A stretch of 64,000 nucleotides of DNA from an uncultured delta proteobacterium (GCA_963803435.1 CAWDML010000003.1:1-64000); one strand, 5' to 3'. Shown: positions 19,088 through 29,875, counted from the first letter of the stretch. Notes: a model not told the origin generated them from the letters alone. A program made the numbers and translations.

Positions 19088-20701
19088 CTACGAGAGGAGC
19101 TTGGGAAGGATCTCGAAACCCGCGCTCGCGGCGGCGCTGGCGATCGCGCGGCGTGCGTCGTCGATGCCGAGGGCGGTCGCCAGGGCGATGCCCACGATCA
19201 GTGCGCACGCGAGGCCGGCGAGCAGGCGGGCGCGCGGGGTCTCGAAGAGGCGGCCGAAGTCGAAGACGCAGCGGATCGTCGCGGGGAGGACGCCCAGGAG
19301 GAGCACGGTGGCGCCGAGCCAGGTGGCTTCGACCAGCCGTGGATGGAGGGGCACCAGCTTGGGCGCGCCGATCGTGATCAACAGCGTGGGCAGCACCAGG
19401 GCGGCGGCGGCACGGGCGGCGCGCGGCTTGTCGGTGCGCTCTTCGAGCGAGGCGCCCATGCGGGCGAGCTCGTAGATCGCGACTGCGACCACGAGCGCGG
19501 CGGCGTGGATCAGGAACCAGTAGGGCTCGATCGCCAGGATGCGGAGCGACTCCATGGTGACGCCGACGCGAGTCGCCAGGAAGACGGTCGCGATCAGCGC
19601 GAGCAGGCCGACGATCGCGTACGGGAGCCCGCCGTTGACGCTCTCGAGCACGATCAACCGCGCGCCCGGGAACGTCCCCAGCAGGAGCTTGGTGAACGCG
19701 CCCGGCCGCCAGCGCTTCTGGCTCCGGGGCGGACGCTTGGTGCGACGCTTGTACAGCGGCTTGGTGCGTCCTTTGTGATCGATCAAGGGCTCGTCGCCAT
19801 GATCGACCAGCTCGAGGCTCTGTCGCCCCCGTCTCGGACCCCGGACCGCCACGGAGCCAGGATGGTACCTCCAGGTCGGCGATCGTGAAGTAGTGGGTGC
19901 GGGAACGATCAAGAGCTTGTCCTCTCCGAGACCACGGATCTCCGGCGGCTCCACTCCCACGTCGTTCCGCCAGAACGCTTGGTCGGCGAAGAGGTCGACC
20001 GTGGCGCGGAGATGCCCGTCCTGGCTGATCAGGGCGCCGCCGGGCCGCAGGCGAGGGTAGAGGAACTGCGTACATGCGCGGGTGGACGCGGCGAGATCCA
20101 CGTCGAGCAGCGCAACGTCGACGGGGCCGGACATGCGGGGAAGAGTGTCGGTGAACAGGCCCTTGTGGAACTCGCAGACTTCGGGCGCGCCGAGCTCGGC
20201 GACGCGCTTCTTCACCGCGCTGAGGCGCCCGCGGAAGGCGCCGCGCCGGAACGTGAGCGGCCGGCCGTCGAGGAGGTGATGCTGCTCGTCGTTCTCGGGG
20301 ATTCCGCGGAAGGAGTCGAACACCACCAGCCGGCCTCCGGCGAGCCGCACCGCCAGGCTCAGCTTCGTCGTGCTCGAGCCGGATCCGGCGCCGGCCTCGA
20401 CGACGGTGAGGTTCTCGCGGCCGGCGAGCCGGAGGATCCGATCGGTGACGATCAGGATCTCCTCGAGCGTGTGATAGCCGCGGACCGCGTGGGTGATTCG
20501 ATAGAATCTTCTCAGTAGAGCGATTCGACGCGCGAGGGGAAGCTGGAGCGGGTATCGCGCGCGCAGGAAGCGCACCACCGCCCGTCGATCGCGCGTGAGC
20601 AGGAACTTGAGCGACTGGATCTTGCGATAGAAGGTGCCGGTTCCGCGTCGAAAGATGCGTCGCCCGGAGCTCCAGCGACCCGGCGAGGCGCCGGGCCTCA
20701 T
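19088..20701 (-). CDS. TylF/MycF-like O-methyltransferase domain read in frame with a membrane protein (may be two genes)
   Basis: VVEAGAGSGSST, FDSFRGIP, HKGLFTDTLP and LLDVDL, then a basic linker and several TM helices from about 19850. Confidence 0.7.
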   Translation of the reverse strand: MRPGASPGRWSSGRRIFRRGTGTFYRKIQSLKFLLTRDRRAVVRFLRARYPLQLPLARRIALLRRFYRITHAVRGYHTLEEILIVTDRILRLAGRENLTVVEAGAGSGSSTTKLSLAVRLAGGRLVVFDSFRGIPENDEQHHLLDGRPLTFRRGAFRGRLSAVKKRVAELGAPEVCEFHKGLFTDTLPRMSGPVDVALLDVDLAASTRACTQFLYPRLRPGGALISQDGHLRATVDLFADQAFWRNDVGVEPPEIRGLGEDKLLIVPAPTTSRSPTWRYHPGSVAVRGPRRGRQSLELVDHGDEPLIDHKGRTKPLYKRRTKRPPRSQKRWRPGAFTKLLLGTFPGARLIVLESVNGGLPYAIVGLLALIATVFLATRVGVTMESLRILAIEPYWFLIHAAALVVAVAIYELARMGASLEERTDKPRAARAAAALVLPTLLITIGAPKLVPLHPRLVEATWLGATVLLLGVLPATIRCVFDFGRLFETPRARLLAGLACALIVGIALATALGIDDARRAIASAAASAGFEILPKLLS

Positions 20702-20792
20702 GCGTACGCCGAAGGTCATTCGCGATGGCCTGATTAGAACACTTCCGGGGGCCCCGTCGAGTGGCACTGGATCTGCTTTCTCTTGAACGTGA

Positions 20793-21836
20793 TTGAGAAT
20801 TGCTCAGGTCGCACCGTTGTACGAGAGTGTTCCGCCTCGTCTTTACGGAGGAACGGAGCGCGTCGTCTCCAACCTCACCGAGGCCCTGGTCGCGCAGGGC
20901 CACGAAGTGACGCTCTTTGCCACGGGCGATTCGAGGACGAGGGCGCGTCTGGTCCGGTGCGCTTCGCAGGGTCTTCGGCTCGACGACGATTGTCGCGACG
21001 TGATCACGCCGCACGTCTTGATGGTCGAGCAGGCCTTTCAGCACGCCGCCGACTTCGACGTCCTTCACTTCCATACGGAGCCCTTCCACTTCCCGCTGGC
21101 GCGTCGGACGCCGGTACCTTGCGTCACCACCCTCCACGGACGCCTCGACGGGCCTCAGTCGGCTGCCCTCTATCACGAGTACCCTGCGCTTCCGCTGGTC
21201 TCCATCTCCCACGCACAGCGCGAACCGATCCCGTGGGCGACCTGGATGGGCACCGTGTACCACGGGCTGCCGGCCGACCTGTTCTCCCGTGGGCATGGGC
21301 GCGGCGGATATTTCGCGTTCCTGGGCCGGTTCTCGCCGGAGAAGGGGCCCGACCGCGCCATCGAGATCGCGCGCCGGGCCGGTGTCCGCCTCAAGATGAG
21401 CGCAAAGATCGACCGGCTGGATCAGGCCTACTTCGAGTCCGTCGTCGAGCCGCTGCTCTCGACCCCCGGCGTCGAGTTTGTGGGAGAGATCGACGAGCGC
21501 CAGAAGCAGGCCTTTCTCGGCGACGCGCTGGGACTGCTGTTCCCGATCGACTGGCCCGAGCCGTTCGGCATGGTGATGATCGAGTCGCTCGCGTGCGGCA
21601 CGCCCGTGATCGCGACCAGCTTCGGCTCGGTCACCGAGATCATCGAGGATGGGCGGACCGGGTTCATCGCGGCCAACCTCGACGAGGCCGTCGACGCCGT
21701 GCGCAGGATCGGCGCGATCGATCGGCGGGCCTGTCGTGTCGCCTTCGAGGAGCGCTTTACTGCGGACCGGATGGCCGACGACTATGTCGACGTGTACGAG
21801 CGAATGGTCGAGTCGATGACCTCCTGGGCGGCCTAG
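20793..21836 (+). CDS. Glycosyltransferase family 4
   Basis: MRIAQVAPLYESVPPRLYGGTERVV, GRFSPEKG and EPFGMVMIESLACGTPV. Confidence 0.93.
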   Translation: MRIAQVAPLYESVPPRLYGGTERVVSNLTEALVAQGHEVTLFATGDSRTRARLVRCASQGLRLDDDCRDVITPHVLMVEQAFQHAADFDVLHFHTEPFHFPLARRTPVPCVTTLHGRLDGPQSAALYHEYPALPLVSISHAQREPIPWATWMGTVYHGLPADLFSRGHGRGGYFAFLGRFSPEKGPDRAIEIARRAGVRLKMSAKIDRLDQAYFESVVEPLLSTPGVEFVGEIDERQKQAFLGDALGLLFPIDWPEPFGMVMIESLACGTPVIATSFGSVTEIIEDGRTGFIAANLDEAVDAVRRIGAIDRRACRVAFEERFTADRMADDYVDVYERMVESMTSWAA

Positions 21837-21837
21837 G

Positions 21838-24000
21838 ATGGAAGAGGTCGAGCGGCTCCGGAGCGAGTTCGACATCGTCGCTTCCTCCTCCGACGGAGCC
21901 GGCGCAACGCGGGTCCTCAAGCATGGCGAGACGTTCGCGGTCTATGACAGCCACGGCGACCTCCTCCCCGAGGCCCTGCACGTGTCCGGCGTGTACCACC
22001 ACGGGACGCGCTACCTGTCCCGCTTCGTGCTGCGGTTTGGGGGCGTGCGGCCCTCGCTGCTCAGCTCGACGGTGGTCGAGAGCAACGATCTGCTTGCGGT
22101 CGACCTCACCAACCCCGACATCGTCGAGGGGAGCGTCACGATCCCCCACGGCACGCTCCATCTGCAGCGCACTCGCTTCATCTGGAGCGGGGTCGTCTAC
22201 GAACGGATCCGCATCACCAACTACGGGCCGGATCCGGTCGAGCGCGCGCTGACGATCGAGTTCGACGCCGACTTCGCCGACGTCTTCGAGGTGCGCGGCA
22301 TGCGGCGCCGCAAGGTGGGGACGCGGCAACTTCCCGAGGTGCAGGAGGGGACGGTGACCCTGGCCTACGCGGGGCTCGATCGCAGGGTGCGCCGCGCTGG
22401 GCTGCGCTTCTCCCCCACCCCGGCGGAGCTCGACGGCGGCTCGGCTCGCTTCGTGATCTGCGTGGCGCCGAGCAGCGCGGTCGAGCTGGAGATCGAGCTG
22501 GTCTGCCAGCTCGACGGCGAGCGCCCGGTCAGCAAGAGCTACGGGCGCGCGCTCGTCGAGGCCGAGGCGACGCTCACCGCGTTCGCGGAGCAGAGCGCCT
22601 CGATCACCACCTCCAACGAACAGTTCAATCGCTGGATCCAGCGGTCGCTCGCCGATCTCCACATGCTGATCACCGAGACCCCGCACGGCCCGTACCCCTA
22701 CGCCGGCGTGCCCTGGTACAGCACCGCGTTCGGCCGGGACGGCCTGATCACTGCGCTGGAGACGCTCTGGGTGGCGCCGTCGATCGCCAAGGGCGTGCTG
22801 TCGTATCTGGCCGCCACTCAGGCCAAGGCGCTCGATCCCGCGCACGACGCGGAGCCCGGGAAGATCCTCCACGAGCGCCGCGAGGGGGAGATGGCGGACC
22901 TCGCCGAGGTGCCCTTCGGCCGCTACTACGGCACCGTCGACGCCACGCCGCTGTTCGTGATGCTGGCGGGCGCGTACTGGGAGCACACCGGCGACTTCGA
23001 TCTGATCCGCCGGATCTGGCCCAACCTCCAGGCCGCGCTCGCCTGGATCGACACCTACGGCGACGCCGATCGCGACGGCTTCGTCGAGTACGCACGCAAG
23101 GCGGAGCACGGGCTCGACAACCAGGGATGGAAGGACTCCTGGGACTCGGTGTTCCACTCAGACGGCGCCCTCGCCGAGGGCCCCATCGCGCTGTGCGAGG
23201 TCCAGGGCTACGCGTTCGCCGCCCGAGGCCACGGCGCCCGGATCGCGCACCGCCTCGGCGACGAGCCGTTGGCGCGCGCGCTCGAGCGCAGCGCCGAGCA
23301 CCTGCGCGAACGCTTCGACAAGGCCTTCTGGCAGGAGGACCTGCAGTGCTACGCGCTGGCACTCGACGGGCACAAGCGACCGTGCCGCGTGCGCGCCTCG
23401 AACGCCGGCCATTGTCTCACCACCGGGATCGCACAACCCCAGCGCGTCGAGGCGCTGGCCCGGACGCTCTCGTCTCCCGCGTTCTTCTCCGGCTGGGGGA
23501 TCCGCACGCTCGCCACCACCGAGGCGCGCTACAACCCGATGGCCTATCACAACGGCTCGGTCTGGCCCCACGACAACGCGCTCATCGCGCATGGCTTCGC
23601 GTCGTACGGGCACACCGAGGAGGCCCTCCGGATCGCCAAGGGGCTCTTCGACGCCAGCGCCTTCGTCGAGATGGACCGCCTTCCGGAGCTCTTCTGCGGC
23701 TTCGTGCGCCGGCGCGCCGCCGGACCGACGCCGTACCCGGTCGCGTGCGCGCCGCAGGCCTGGGCGGCGGGGGCGGCCTTTCTGGTGCTCCAGAGCCTGC
23801 TCGGCCTCTCCGTCGACGGCCCGAACCGCCGCCTGAGCCTCTCCTTCCCGGTGCTCCCGGACTTCCTCGACTTCGTGCGGCTGGAGCGCCTGCCGGTGGG
23901 CGACGGGCGGGTCGACCTCCTGATCGAGCGCTACGAACGCGACGTGAGCGTACAGGTCCTCGAGCGAACGCCTGGTCTGAAGATCACGGTGGTGAAGTAG
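21838..24000 (+). CDS. Amylo-alpha-1,6-glucosidase / glycogen-debranching-like glycoside hydrolase
   Basis: AGVPWYSTAFGRDG, EPGKILHE, YYGTVDATPLF, NQGWKDSWD and YHNGSVWPHDN. Confidence 0.92.
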   Translation: MEEVERLRSEFDIVASSSDGAGATRVLKHGETFAVYDSHGDLLPEALHVSGVYHHGTRYLSRFVLRFGGVRPSLLSSTVVESNDLLAVDLTNPDIVEGSVTIPHGTLHLQRTRFIWSGVVYERIRITNYGPDPVERALTIEFDADFADVFEVRGMRRRKVGTRQLPEVQEGTVTLAYAGLDRRVRRAGLRFSPTPAELDGGSARFVICVAPSSAVELEIELVCQLDGERPVSKSYGRALVEAEATLTAFAEQSASITTSNEQFNRWIQRSLADLHMLITETPHGPYPYAGVPWYSTAFGRDGLITALETLWVAPSIAKGVLSYLAATQAKALDPAHDAEPGKILHERREGEMADLAEVPFGRYYGTVDATPLFVMLAGAYWEHTGDFDLIRRIWPNLQAALAWIDTYGDADRDGFVEYARKAEHGLDNQGWKDSWDSVFHSDGALAEGPIALCEVQGYAFAARGHGARIAHRLGDEPLARALERSAEHLRERFDKAFWQEDLQCYALALDGHKRPCRVRASNAGHCLTTGIAQPQRVEALARTLSSPAFFSGWGIRTLATTEARYNPMAYHNGSVWPHDNALIAHGFASYGHTEEALRIAKGLFDASAFVEMDRLPELFCGFVRRRAAGPTPYPVACAPQAWAAGAAFLVLQSLLGLSVDGPNRRLSLSFPVLPDFLDFVRLERLPVGDGRVDLLIERYERDVSVQVLERTPGLKITVVK

Positions 24001-24006
24001 CGACCG

Positions 24007-26532
24007 TCAGTTGTCGATCATCATGAACTGGCCCTGCGGGACCTCACCGGCCCGGGCGACGAACTCCTTCGGCTCGTTCCCCTTGCGGTAGGCCTCGTTG
24101 ACCGCACCCACGGTGTCGGGCCGGGCCCGCATGCCGGTCTTGGGATCGATGCGGACGAAGACGATGTTCTCCGGCACCTCGAACTCGCCGGTCTTCTTCT
24201 TGATCGCCTTCTTCATGTAGCTGACCCAGAGCGGGAGCGCGGCGCGTCCGCCCTGCTCGTACCGGCCCATCGGGATCACGTAGTCGTCGTACCCGACCCA
24301 AGCGGCCGTCACGATGTCCGGCGTGAAGCCCATGAACCAGGCGTCGAAGGAGTCGTTGGTGGTGCCGGTCTTGCCTGCCACCGGGACGCCGACCTCCTGC
24401 GCGCCCGTGCCGGTGCCGCCCAAGACCACGTTGCGCATCATCTTCGTGATCAGATAGCCGATCTCTTCGTCGATCACCTGCTCGGGCTTGGTGGCCGACC
24501 AGGCGATGCCGCGATCGACCTTCTCCGCCATGCCGGCCCACGGATCGCCCGGGTAGCCGTCGTCCATGATCACGTTGCCGTCCCGGTCGACGATGCGCGT
24601 GATGAAGCGGCGCTTGATCCGGCGGCCGTAGTTCGCGAACAGGTGATACACGTTCTCGAGATCGCCCATCGTCACGCATGAGGCGCCCAGGGCCAGGCCC
24701 AGCTCCTTGCGGAGCTCGGTGGTGATGCCGAGCTTGTGGGCGTAGGCGATCGCGGGGTCGAGGCCCACGCCGTCCAGCACGCGGATCGCGGGGACGTTCA
24801 TCGAGTTCTGGAGTGCGGTGCGGAGGGTGACCTCGCCCATGAACTTGCTCTCGAAGTTGTCCGGCTTCCAGCGCTTCTGCGCCGACGGATCGTCGAAGGT
24901 GAGCGGGGCGTCGAGGACCTTGGTCGAGGCGGTCCAGCCGTTCAGATCGAGGGCGGCCGAGTACACGATCGGCTTGAAGCTCGAGCCCGGCTGGCGGCAC
25001 GCCTGGAGCGCTCGATTGAACTCGCTTCGGTCGAAGGAGTAGCCGCCGACCATCGCCAGCACGTAGCCGCTGCTCCGCTCCACCGAGAGCAGCGCGCACT
25101 CGAGGTTCGGCTCCTGCTCCAGCGCCATCAAATTGATCGTGGGATCCTGCGGCACCGTCCGCATGTAGGCCGCCGCGAAGCGGTCCTTCTTGACCTTGTC
25201 GTAGTTGGTCTTGCGGACCAGCAGGACGTCGCCGCGGACGAAGCGCTTCCTCGGGATCTTGTCGAGCAGGCCGCTCTCGAACCAGATCTGCGGATTGACC
25301 GTGCGCGCCCACCGCATGGTGGCGAGCGGCAGCACCGCCTTGTGCGGTCCGATGTCGAGGTAGATGTCCGAGTCGTCCGTCTTGCTGATCACGCCGACGT
25401 AGAGCTCGCCGTCCTCGAGCTTTTGGTAGCGATCCAGGCGCATCAGCTCGTTCGAGTACTTCTTGTTGAAGTCCGCGATCTCGGCCTCGTTCTCGAGGTG
25501 CTTGAGCGCACCGCGATAGCCCTGGCGCTTGTCGACCTGGCGGAGCTTCTCGTAGACCGCGTCTTCGGCGCTGCGATACCGCTCGGCGTCGACCGTCGTG
25601 TAGATCGTGTAGCCGTCGTCGAGGAGCTTGTCGTCGCCGAACATCTCCACCAGCTGCCGCCGGACGTGCTCGGTGAAGAACGGCGCCACGTCGTGCGAGT
25701 AGTTGGGCGCGCGGTAGACGATGATCGGCGTATCCTTGGCCTCGGCCAGCTCGTCGGCGGTGATGAAGCCCTCCTCCACCATGCGGCGGAGCACGTACTC
25801 GCGCCGCTCCTTCGAGGACTTGGGGTGCATGATCGGCGAGAAGCGCGAGGGGGCCTGGGGCAGCCCGCCGAGCAGCGCGATCTCGGCGACGTTGAGCTCG
25901 TCCAGGTTCTTCCGGAAGTAGTTCTGGGCCGCGGCCTGGAAGCCGTAGGCCTGGTTCCCCAGGAAGATCTGGTTCATGTAGAGGGTCAGGATGTCCTGCT
26001 TGGAGAGCTTCTTCTCCAGGCGCCGGGCCAGGATCGCCTCCTTGATCTTGCGGGAGAGCTTCTTGGCGGTGCCGGCCTTGTAGCCCTCGGCGCCCACGAT
26101 GATGCTCTTCGCGACCTGCTGGGTGATCGTCGAGCCGCCCTGCACCACGCGACCCGCCTTCAGGTTCGCGAAGGCGGCGCGCACGATGCCCCAGTAGTCG
26201 ATGCCCTGGTGCTCGAAGAATCGATCGTCCTCGGACGCCAGCACGGCCTGGATCATCTGGGGCGGGATCTTGTCGTACGGGAGGACGATCCGGCGCTCGC
26301 GATAGAACTCGCCGATCAGCTGACCCGACTGATCGAACACCTGGCTCACGGTCTTCGGGCGGTAGTCGGCCAGGGTCTCGAAGTTCGGGACGTCCGCCGA
26401 GAAGATCCCGTACATCACCAGGCCGGCGACGCCCCCGACGGCGGTACCGACCAGGGCGAGGAAGAGGAAGCCTCGTGCGAGCCGGCGCGAAAGCTTCGGC
26501 TTGGCTCGCTCACCTTCGTAGACGACGCTCAC
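24007..26532 (-). CDS. mrcA: Class A penicillin-binding protein 1A
   Basis: Transglycosylase EDDRFFEH, GGSTITQQ and RKIKE; transpeptidase SSFK, SMN and KTG. Confidence 0.93.
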   Translation of the reverse strand: MSVVYEGERAKPKLSRRLARGFLFLALVGTAVGGVAGLVMYGIFSADVPNFETLADYRPKTVSQVFDQSGQLIGEFYRERRIVLPYDKIPPQMIQAVLASEDDRFFEHQGIDYWGIVRAAFANLKAGRVVQGGSTITQQVAKSIIVGAEGYKAGTAKKLSRKIKEAILARRLEKKLSKQDILTLYMNQIFLGNQAYGFQAAAQNYFRKNLDELNVAEIALLGGLPQAPSRFSPIMHPKSSKERREYVLRRMVEEGFITADELAEAKDTPIIVYRAPNYSHDVAPFFTEHVRRQLVEMFGDDKLLDDGYTIYTTVDAERYRSAEDAVYEKLRQVDKRQGYRGALKHLENEAEIADFNKKYSNELMRLDRYQKLEDGELYVGVISKTDDSDIYLDIGPHKAVLPLATMRWARTVNPQIWFESGLLDKIPRKRFVRGDVLLVRKTNYDKVKKDRFAAAYMRTVPQDPTINLMALEQEPNLECALLSVERSSGYVLAMVGGYSFDRSEFNRALQACRQPGSSFKPIVYSAALDLNGWTASTKVLDAPLTFDDPSAQKRWKPDNFESKFMGEVTLRTALQNSMNVPAIRVLDGVGLDPAIAYAHKLGITTELRKELGLALGASCVTMGDLENVYHLFANYGRRIKRRFITRIVDRDGNVIMDDGYPGDPWAGMAEKVDRGIAWSATKPEQVIDEEIGYLITKMMRNVVLGGTGTGAQEVGVPVAGKTGTTNDSFDAWFMGFTPDIVTAAWVGYDDYVIPMGRYEQGGRAALPLWVSYMKKAIKKKTGEFEVPENIVFVRIDPKTGMRARPDTVGAVNEAYRKGNEPKEFVARAGEVPQGQFMMIDN

Positions 26533-26608
26533 GTCCTTCGGCCGTTCTTCTACCAGAAACCGGAGATCAAGACCGCCCGCATCCCTTCATTTCCTATCGG
26601 GAATCCGC

Positions 26609-29600
26609 CTACTCCTCCGCCCAGTCCATCCGGTTGGGGCTGAAGACCACACCGAAGACGATATCGGTCGCGCCGTCTCCGTTCAGGTCGCCGGCGGCGG
26701 CACGGTAGCTGCCCGGCGGGCTCTGGGGCTCGCCCACCAGCGCCCGGAAGAAGAAGCCCCGGCCGTCGTTGAGGAAGAGGGCCGACGAGCCCCCGATCGG
26801 CCCGTCCAGATCCACGAGATACAGATCCAGGTCGCCGTCGCCCTCGAAGTCCTCGAGGAGGAGGGCCGACGCCCCGAACGAGTCAGTGGAGATCCGGGTC
26901 AGATCCCGCGTGAAGACACCGTGGCCGTCGTTGAGGAGCAGCACCGGCGCCTGGTTGAACGCCGGCATCACGATGTCGACGTCGCCGTCGAGATCCACGT
27001 CTCCCACGCGGACGTCGTAGATGTCGCCGTGGATCGACTCCATCAGCGCCCGATTCCGCATGTCCTCGGTGAAGACGCCGCTGCCGTCGTTGCGGTAGAT
27101 GCGGTGCCGCTGCGTCATCGAGGGGAAGTTGACGTCGTCGACCACCACGACCATGTCGTTGTCGCCGTCGCCGTCGAAGTCCGCCGTGTCGAGCTTGTGA
27201 TCGTGCACGAACCCGACATCGTCCGGCAGTGCGTTCTGGATCACCGTGAATGTGCCGTTGTCGTTGCGGAGGACCGTGTCCGGCTGGCTGATCGCGATGT
27301 TGATCAGATCGCAGAGGCCATCGCCGGTCACGTCGTGGAAGCTGGCCTCGAAGGACTCGCCGGGCTGCGTGGGGAGCGAGAGCGCGCTGAAGTTGAAGCC
27401 GCCGTTGTTGCGGAAGACGCGGATCGGGCCGCTGGACGTGCCCCATACTAGATCTTCGTCGCCGTCGCGGTCGAAGTCGCAGTGGTTGCCTTCGTTCGAG
27501 ACCTGCACGGACCCCATGAATCGTGAGAGCCAGCTGGTTCCGCCGCCCAGGTTCTCCAGCGTCTGCTGGTCGCTCGGCTGATCGTTGCTGCCGTTGACGT
27601 AGACCAGGTCGTTGTCGCCGTCGTTGTCGAGATCGACGATCATGACGTCGGAGGCTTCACCCGAGCCGGCCATGTCGGGCGTCGAGCGGTTCCGGTAGAC
27701 TCGGTAGGAGAGCGAGGTCGGCGAGATCTCGGCGGTCTCGCCGGGATTGGCGACGATGACCGTGGCGCCGCCGGTGTGCGCTGCGCTGGGGGCGCGGGCG
27801 CGCATGTGCTGGGGTGAGAGGAACACCACATCGAGCGCCGCCTGCCCGCCGATCGTGACCGCGGCGTTGGGCGCGAAGCCCGCGCCCACCAGGTCCATGT
27901 TGGCGAAGCCGTCGACCAGCGCCCACTTGGGCGTGAACGTGATCGGCACGTACTCGTAGGCGCTCCGGTGTCCCGCCTGTCCGTCGGGATTCTCGACGCG
28001 GACGTCCGCGTCGCCCGGTACGCCCGGCGGCACGACGCAGCGGAGCTCGGTGCTCGAGACGAAGACCACGTCCGTGCAGGTGTTGCCGTTCAGCGTGACG
28101 GTGGCGCCCGGCTCGAAGTCGCGCCCGACGATCGTGATGGTCTGGCCGCCCCGGAGCGGGCCGAAGTCCGGCATCGTGCTCAGCACCTCGGGCGCAGGGA
28201 TGTAGTAGTAGCCGTCGATCAGCGTGCTCGGGACCTGCCCCGCGTCGGGCGGGAGCGCGTCGACGTCGACGAACGTATCACCGGGACCCCGCGGGGCGAC
28301 GCAGTCGATCCGCGTCTCGCTCACCCGGAAGCAGCCGGCGAGCGTGCCGCCGAAGAAGATCGACGTGCCCGGCGGGAGATGGACGCCGGTGATCCACACC
28401 TCGTTGTTTCCGGACTCGGGGCCCTCGTTCGGCGTCACGGCCGTGATCTGGAAGTATGTGAAGCCGGCGGCCAGCGTGTCGCTGCGCTGGTCGGGATTGG
28501 TGACGGTGACGTCGTAGCTGTCGGGCGCGGCGGCCGGCATCACGCAGGAGAGGCGCGTGTCGCTCAGGAAGGTGCAGGTGGCCCGGACCAAGGTCGCGCC
28601 GAGCTCGAGGGTGACGTCGGTGTCCTCCACGAAGTTTCGGCCGATCACCCTGACGGTCGCGCCGCCCTCGCTGGCGCCGTAGGGCGGCTCGACGCGATCG
28701 ATCTCCGGCGGGCCGAAGAAGAAGAAGCCGTCGGCCAGGCGTCCCTCCTGCGCATCGGAGTTGATGACCCGGACGTCGGCCAACCCGGCCGGGTGCGCGG
28801 GCGTGGTGGCGTCAATCCGTTGGGGTGAGACCACCGTGACCTCGGTGGCGGGGACGGTGTCGAAGAGGAGGCGGGCGCCGCGGTCGAAGCTGCGCCCGGT
28901 GACGCGCACGCGCGTGCCGCCGAGATCGGTGCCGCGCGCCGGATCGATCGCGAGGACCTCGGGCGGTGGGATGTAGAGGAACGCGTCGGGCTTCGAGCCC
29001 ATCCCCAACAGGGGATGCACGATCGAGACGTCGACCGACCCGGCCGCGTGCGCCGGAGTGAAGCAGGTGGCCTCCGTGTTCGACACGATCGTCACGCGCG
29101 TGCAGGGGTCGCCGGCGAACAAGAACGACGCGCCCTCGGCGAACCGCTTCCCGGCGATGCGGACGAACGTGCCGCCCGCGACGGGTCCGGAGCTCGGGAT
29201 GACCGCGTCGATCTCCGGGGCCGGGAAGTATTCGAAGCCCCCGAGCTTCACGCCGGCGCCGCCGTCGCGGTTCTCCACGCGGACGTCGACGAACCCGACC
29301 GGACCCCGCGGCGTCTTCACGCGGGCCTGGGTGCGGGAGAGGAGCTCCAGGGTTTCGGCGGCGGCGGCGCCGAAGCGGGCGGTGATCCCCTCGCGGAGGT
29401 CCCGGCCGACAATCAGGACCTCGGTGCCGCCCGAGGTGGGGCCGCGGGCGGGCCAGAGGGTGAGGAGGTCGGGTCGGGAAGGAACGTTCCCCACCACGAA
29501 CCGGTAGCCGCCGGGGCGCTGGGCCGGATCGGTGGTGCGGTGATCGGACGCGTCGTCCGCCGCCACCATCCAGGTGACCAGCGTGCCCAGCGGCAGCCCG

Positions 29601-29875
29601 GGGAGCTCGGCGATCCAGGTGGTTCCATCGTCCGACGCCATGGGCACCTGGGCAGCGGTGGAGGTGTCGACGATCGGGCTGCCGTCGGTGGTGAAGAAGA
29701 CCGTGCCGGTGACGACCCGGCGCTCGTCCTCGACCACCGACACGATCCGGTAGGGCCCGTGGGCGTCGGGGGTGTCCAAAAGGACGCTGCTCGAGACGAT
29801 GCGCGGCGGTGGGTCCTCGGAGCAGGCGGCCGCCAGGACCAGGAGGAGGGCGACCGGGCGGCGCATTCGCCCCAT
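26609..29875 (-). CDS. Lipoprotein with 7 IPT/TIG repeats and 7 FG-GAP (DxDxDG) repeats
   Basis: Lipobox VLAAAC; repeated PxxGPxxGGTxVxIxG units; DLDNDG, DFDRDG, DVTGDG, DFDGDG, DVDLDG, DFEGDG and DLNGDG. Confidence 0.88.
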   Translation of the reverse strand: MGRMRRPVALLLVLAAACSEDPPPRIVSSSVLLDTPDAHGPYRIVSVVEDERRVVTGTVFFTTDGSPIVDTSTAAQVPMASDDGTTWIAELPGLPLGTLVTWMVAADDASDHRTTDPAQRPGGYRFVVGNVPSRPDLLTLWPARGPTSGGTEVLIVGRDLREGITARFGAAAAETLELLSRTQARVKTPRGPVGFVDVRVENRDGGAGVKLGGFEYFPAPEIDAVIPSSGPVAGGTFVRIAGKRFAEGASFLFAGDPCTRVTIVSNTEATCFTPAHAAGSVDVSIVHPLLGMGSKPDAFLYIPPPEVLAIDPARGTDLGGTRVRVTGRSFDRGARLLFDTVPATEVTVVSPQRIDATTPAHPAGLADVRVINSDAQEGRLADGFFFFGPPEIDRVEPPYGASEGGATVRVIGRNFVEDTDVTLELGATLVRATCTFLSDTRLSCVMPAAAPDSYDVTVTNPDQRSDTLAAGFTYFQITAVTPNEGPESGNNEVWITGVHLPPGTSIFFGGTLAGCFRVSETRIDCVAPRGPGDTFVDVDALPPDAGQVPSTLIDGYYYIPAPEVLSTMPDFGPLRGGQTITIVGRDFEPGATVTLNGNTCTDVVFVSSTELRCVVPPGVPGDADVRVENPDGQAGHRSAYEYVPITFTPKWALVDGFANMDLVGAGFAPNAAVTIGGQAALDVVFLSPQHMRARAPSAAHTGGATVIVANPGETAEISPTSLSYRVYRNRSTPDMAGSGEASDVMIVDLDNDGDNDLVYVNGSNDQPSDQQTLENLGGGTSWLSRFMGSVQVSNEGNHCDFDRDGDEDLVWGTSSGPIRVFRNNGGFNFSALSLPTQPGESFEASFHDVTGDGLCDLINIAISQPDTVLRNDNGTFTVIQNALPDDVGFVHDHKLDTADFDGDGDNDMVVVVDDVNFPSMTQRHRIYRNDGSGVFTEDMRNRALMESIHGDIYDVRVGDVDLDGDVDIVMPAFNQAPVLLLNDGHGVFTRDLTRISTDSFGASALLLEDFEGDGDLDLYLVDLDGPIGGSSALFLNDGRGFFFRALVGEPQSPPGSYRAAAGDLNGDGATDIVFGVVFSPNRMDWAEE

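Noticed and set aside
19074-21920. 948-aa minus-strand ORF and similar long Arg/Gly/Pro-rich ORFs throughout
   Set aside because: Alternative-frame or antisense products overlapping well-supported genes.
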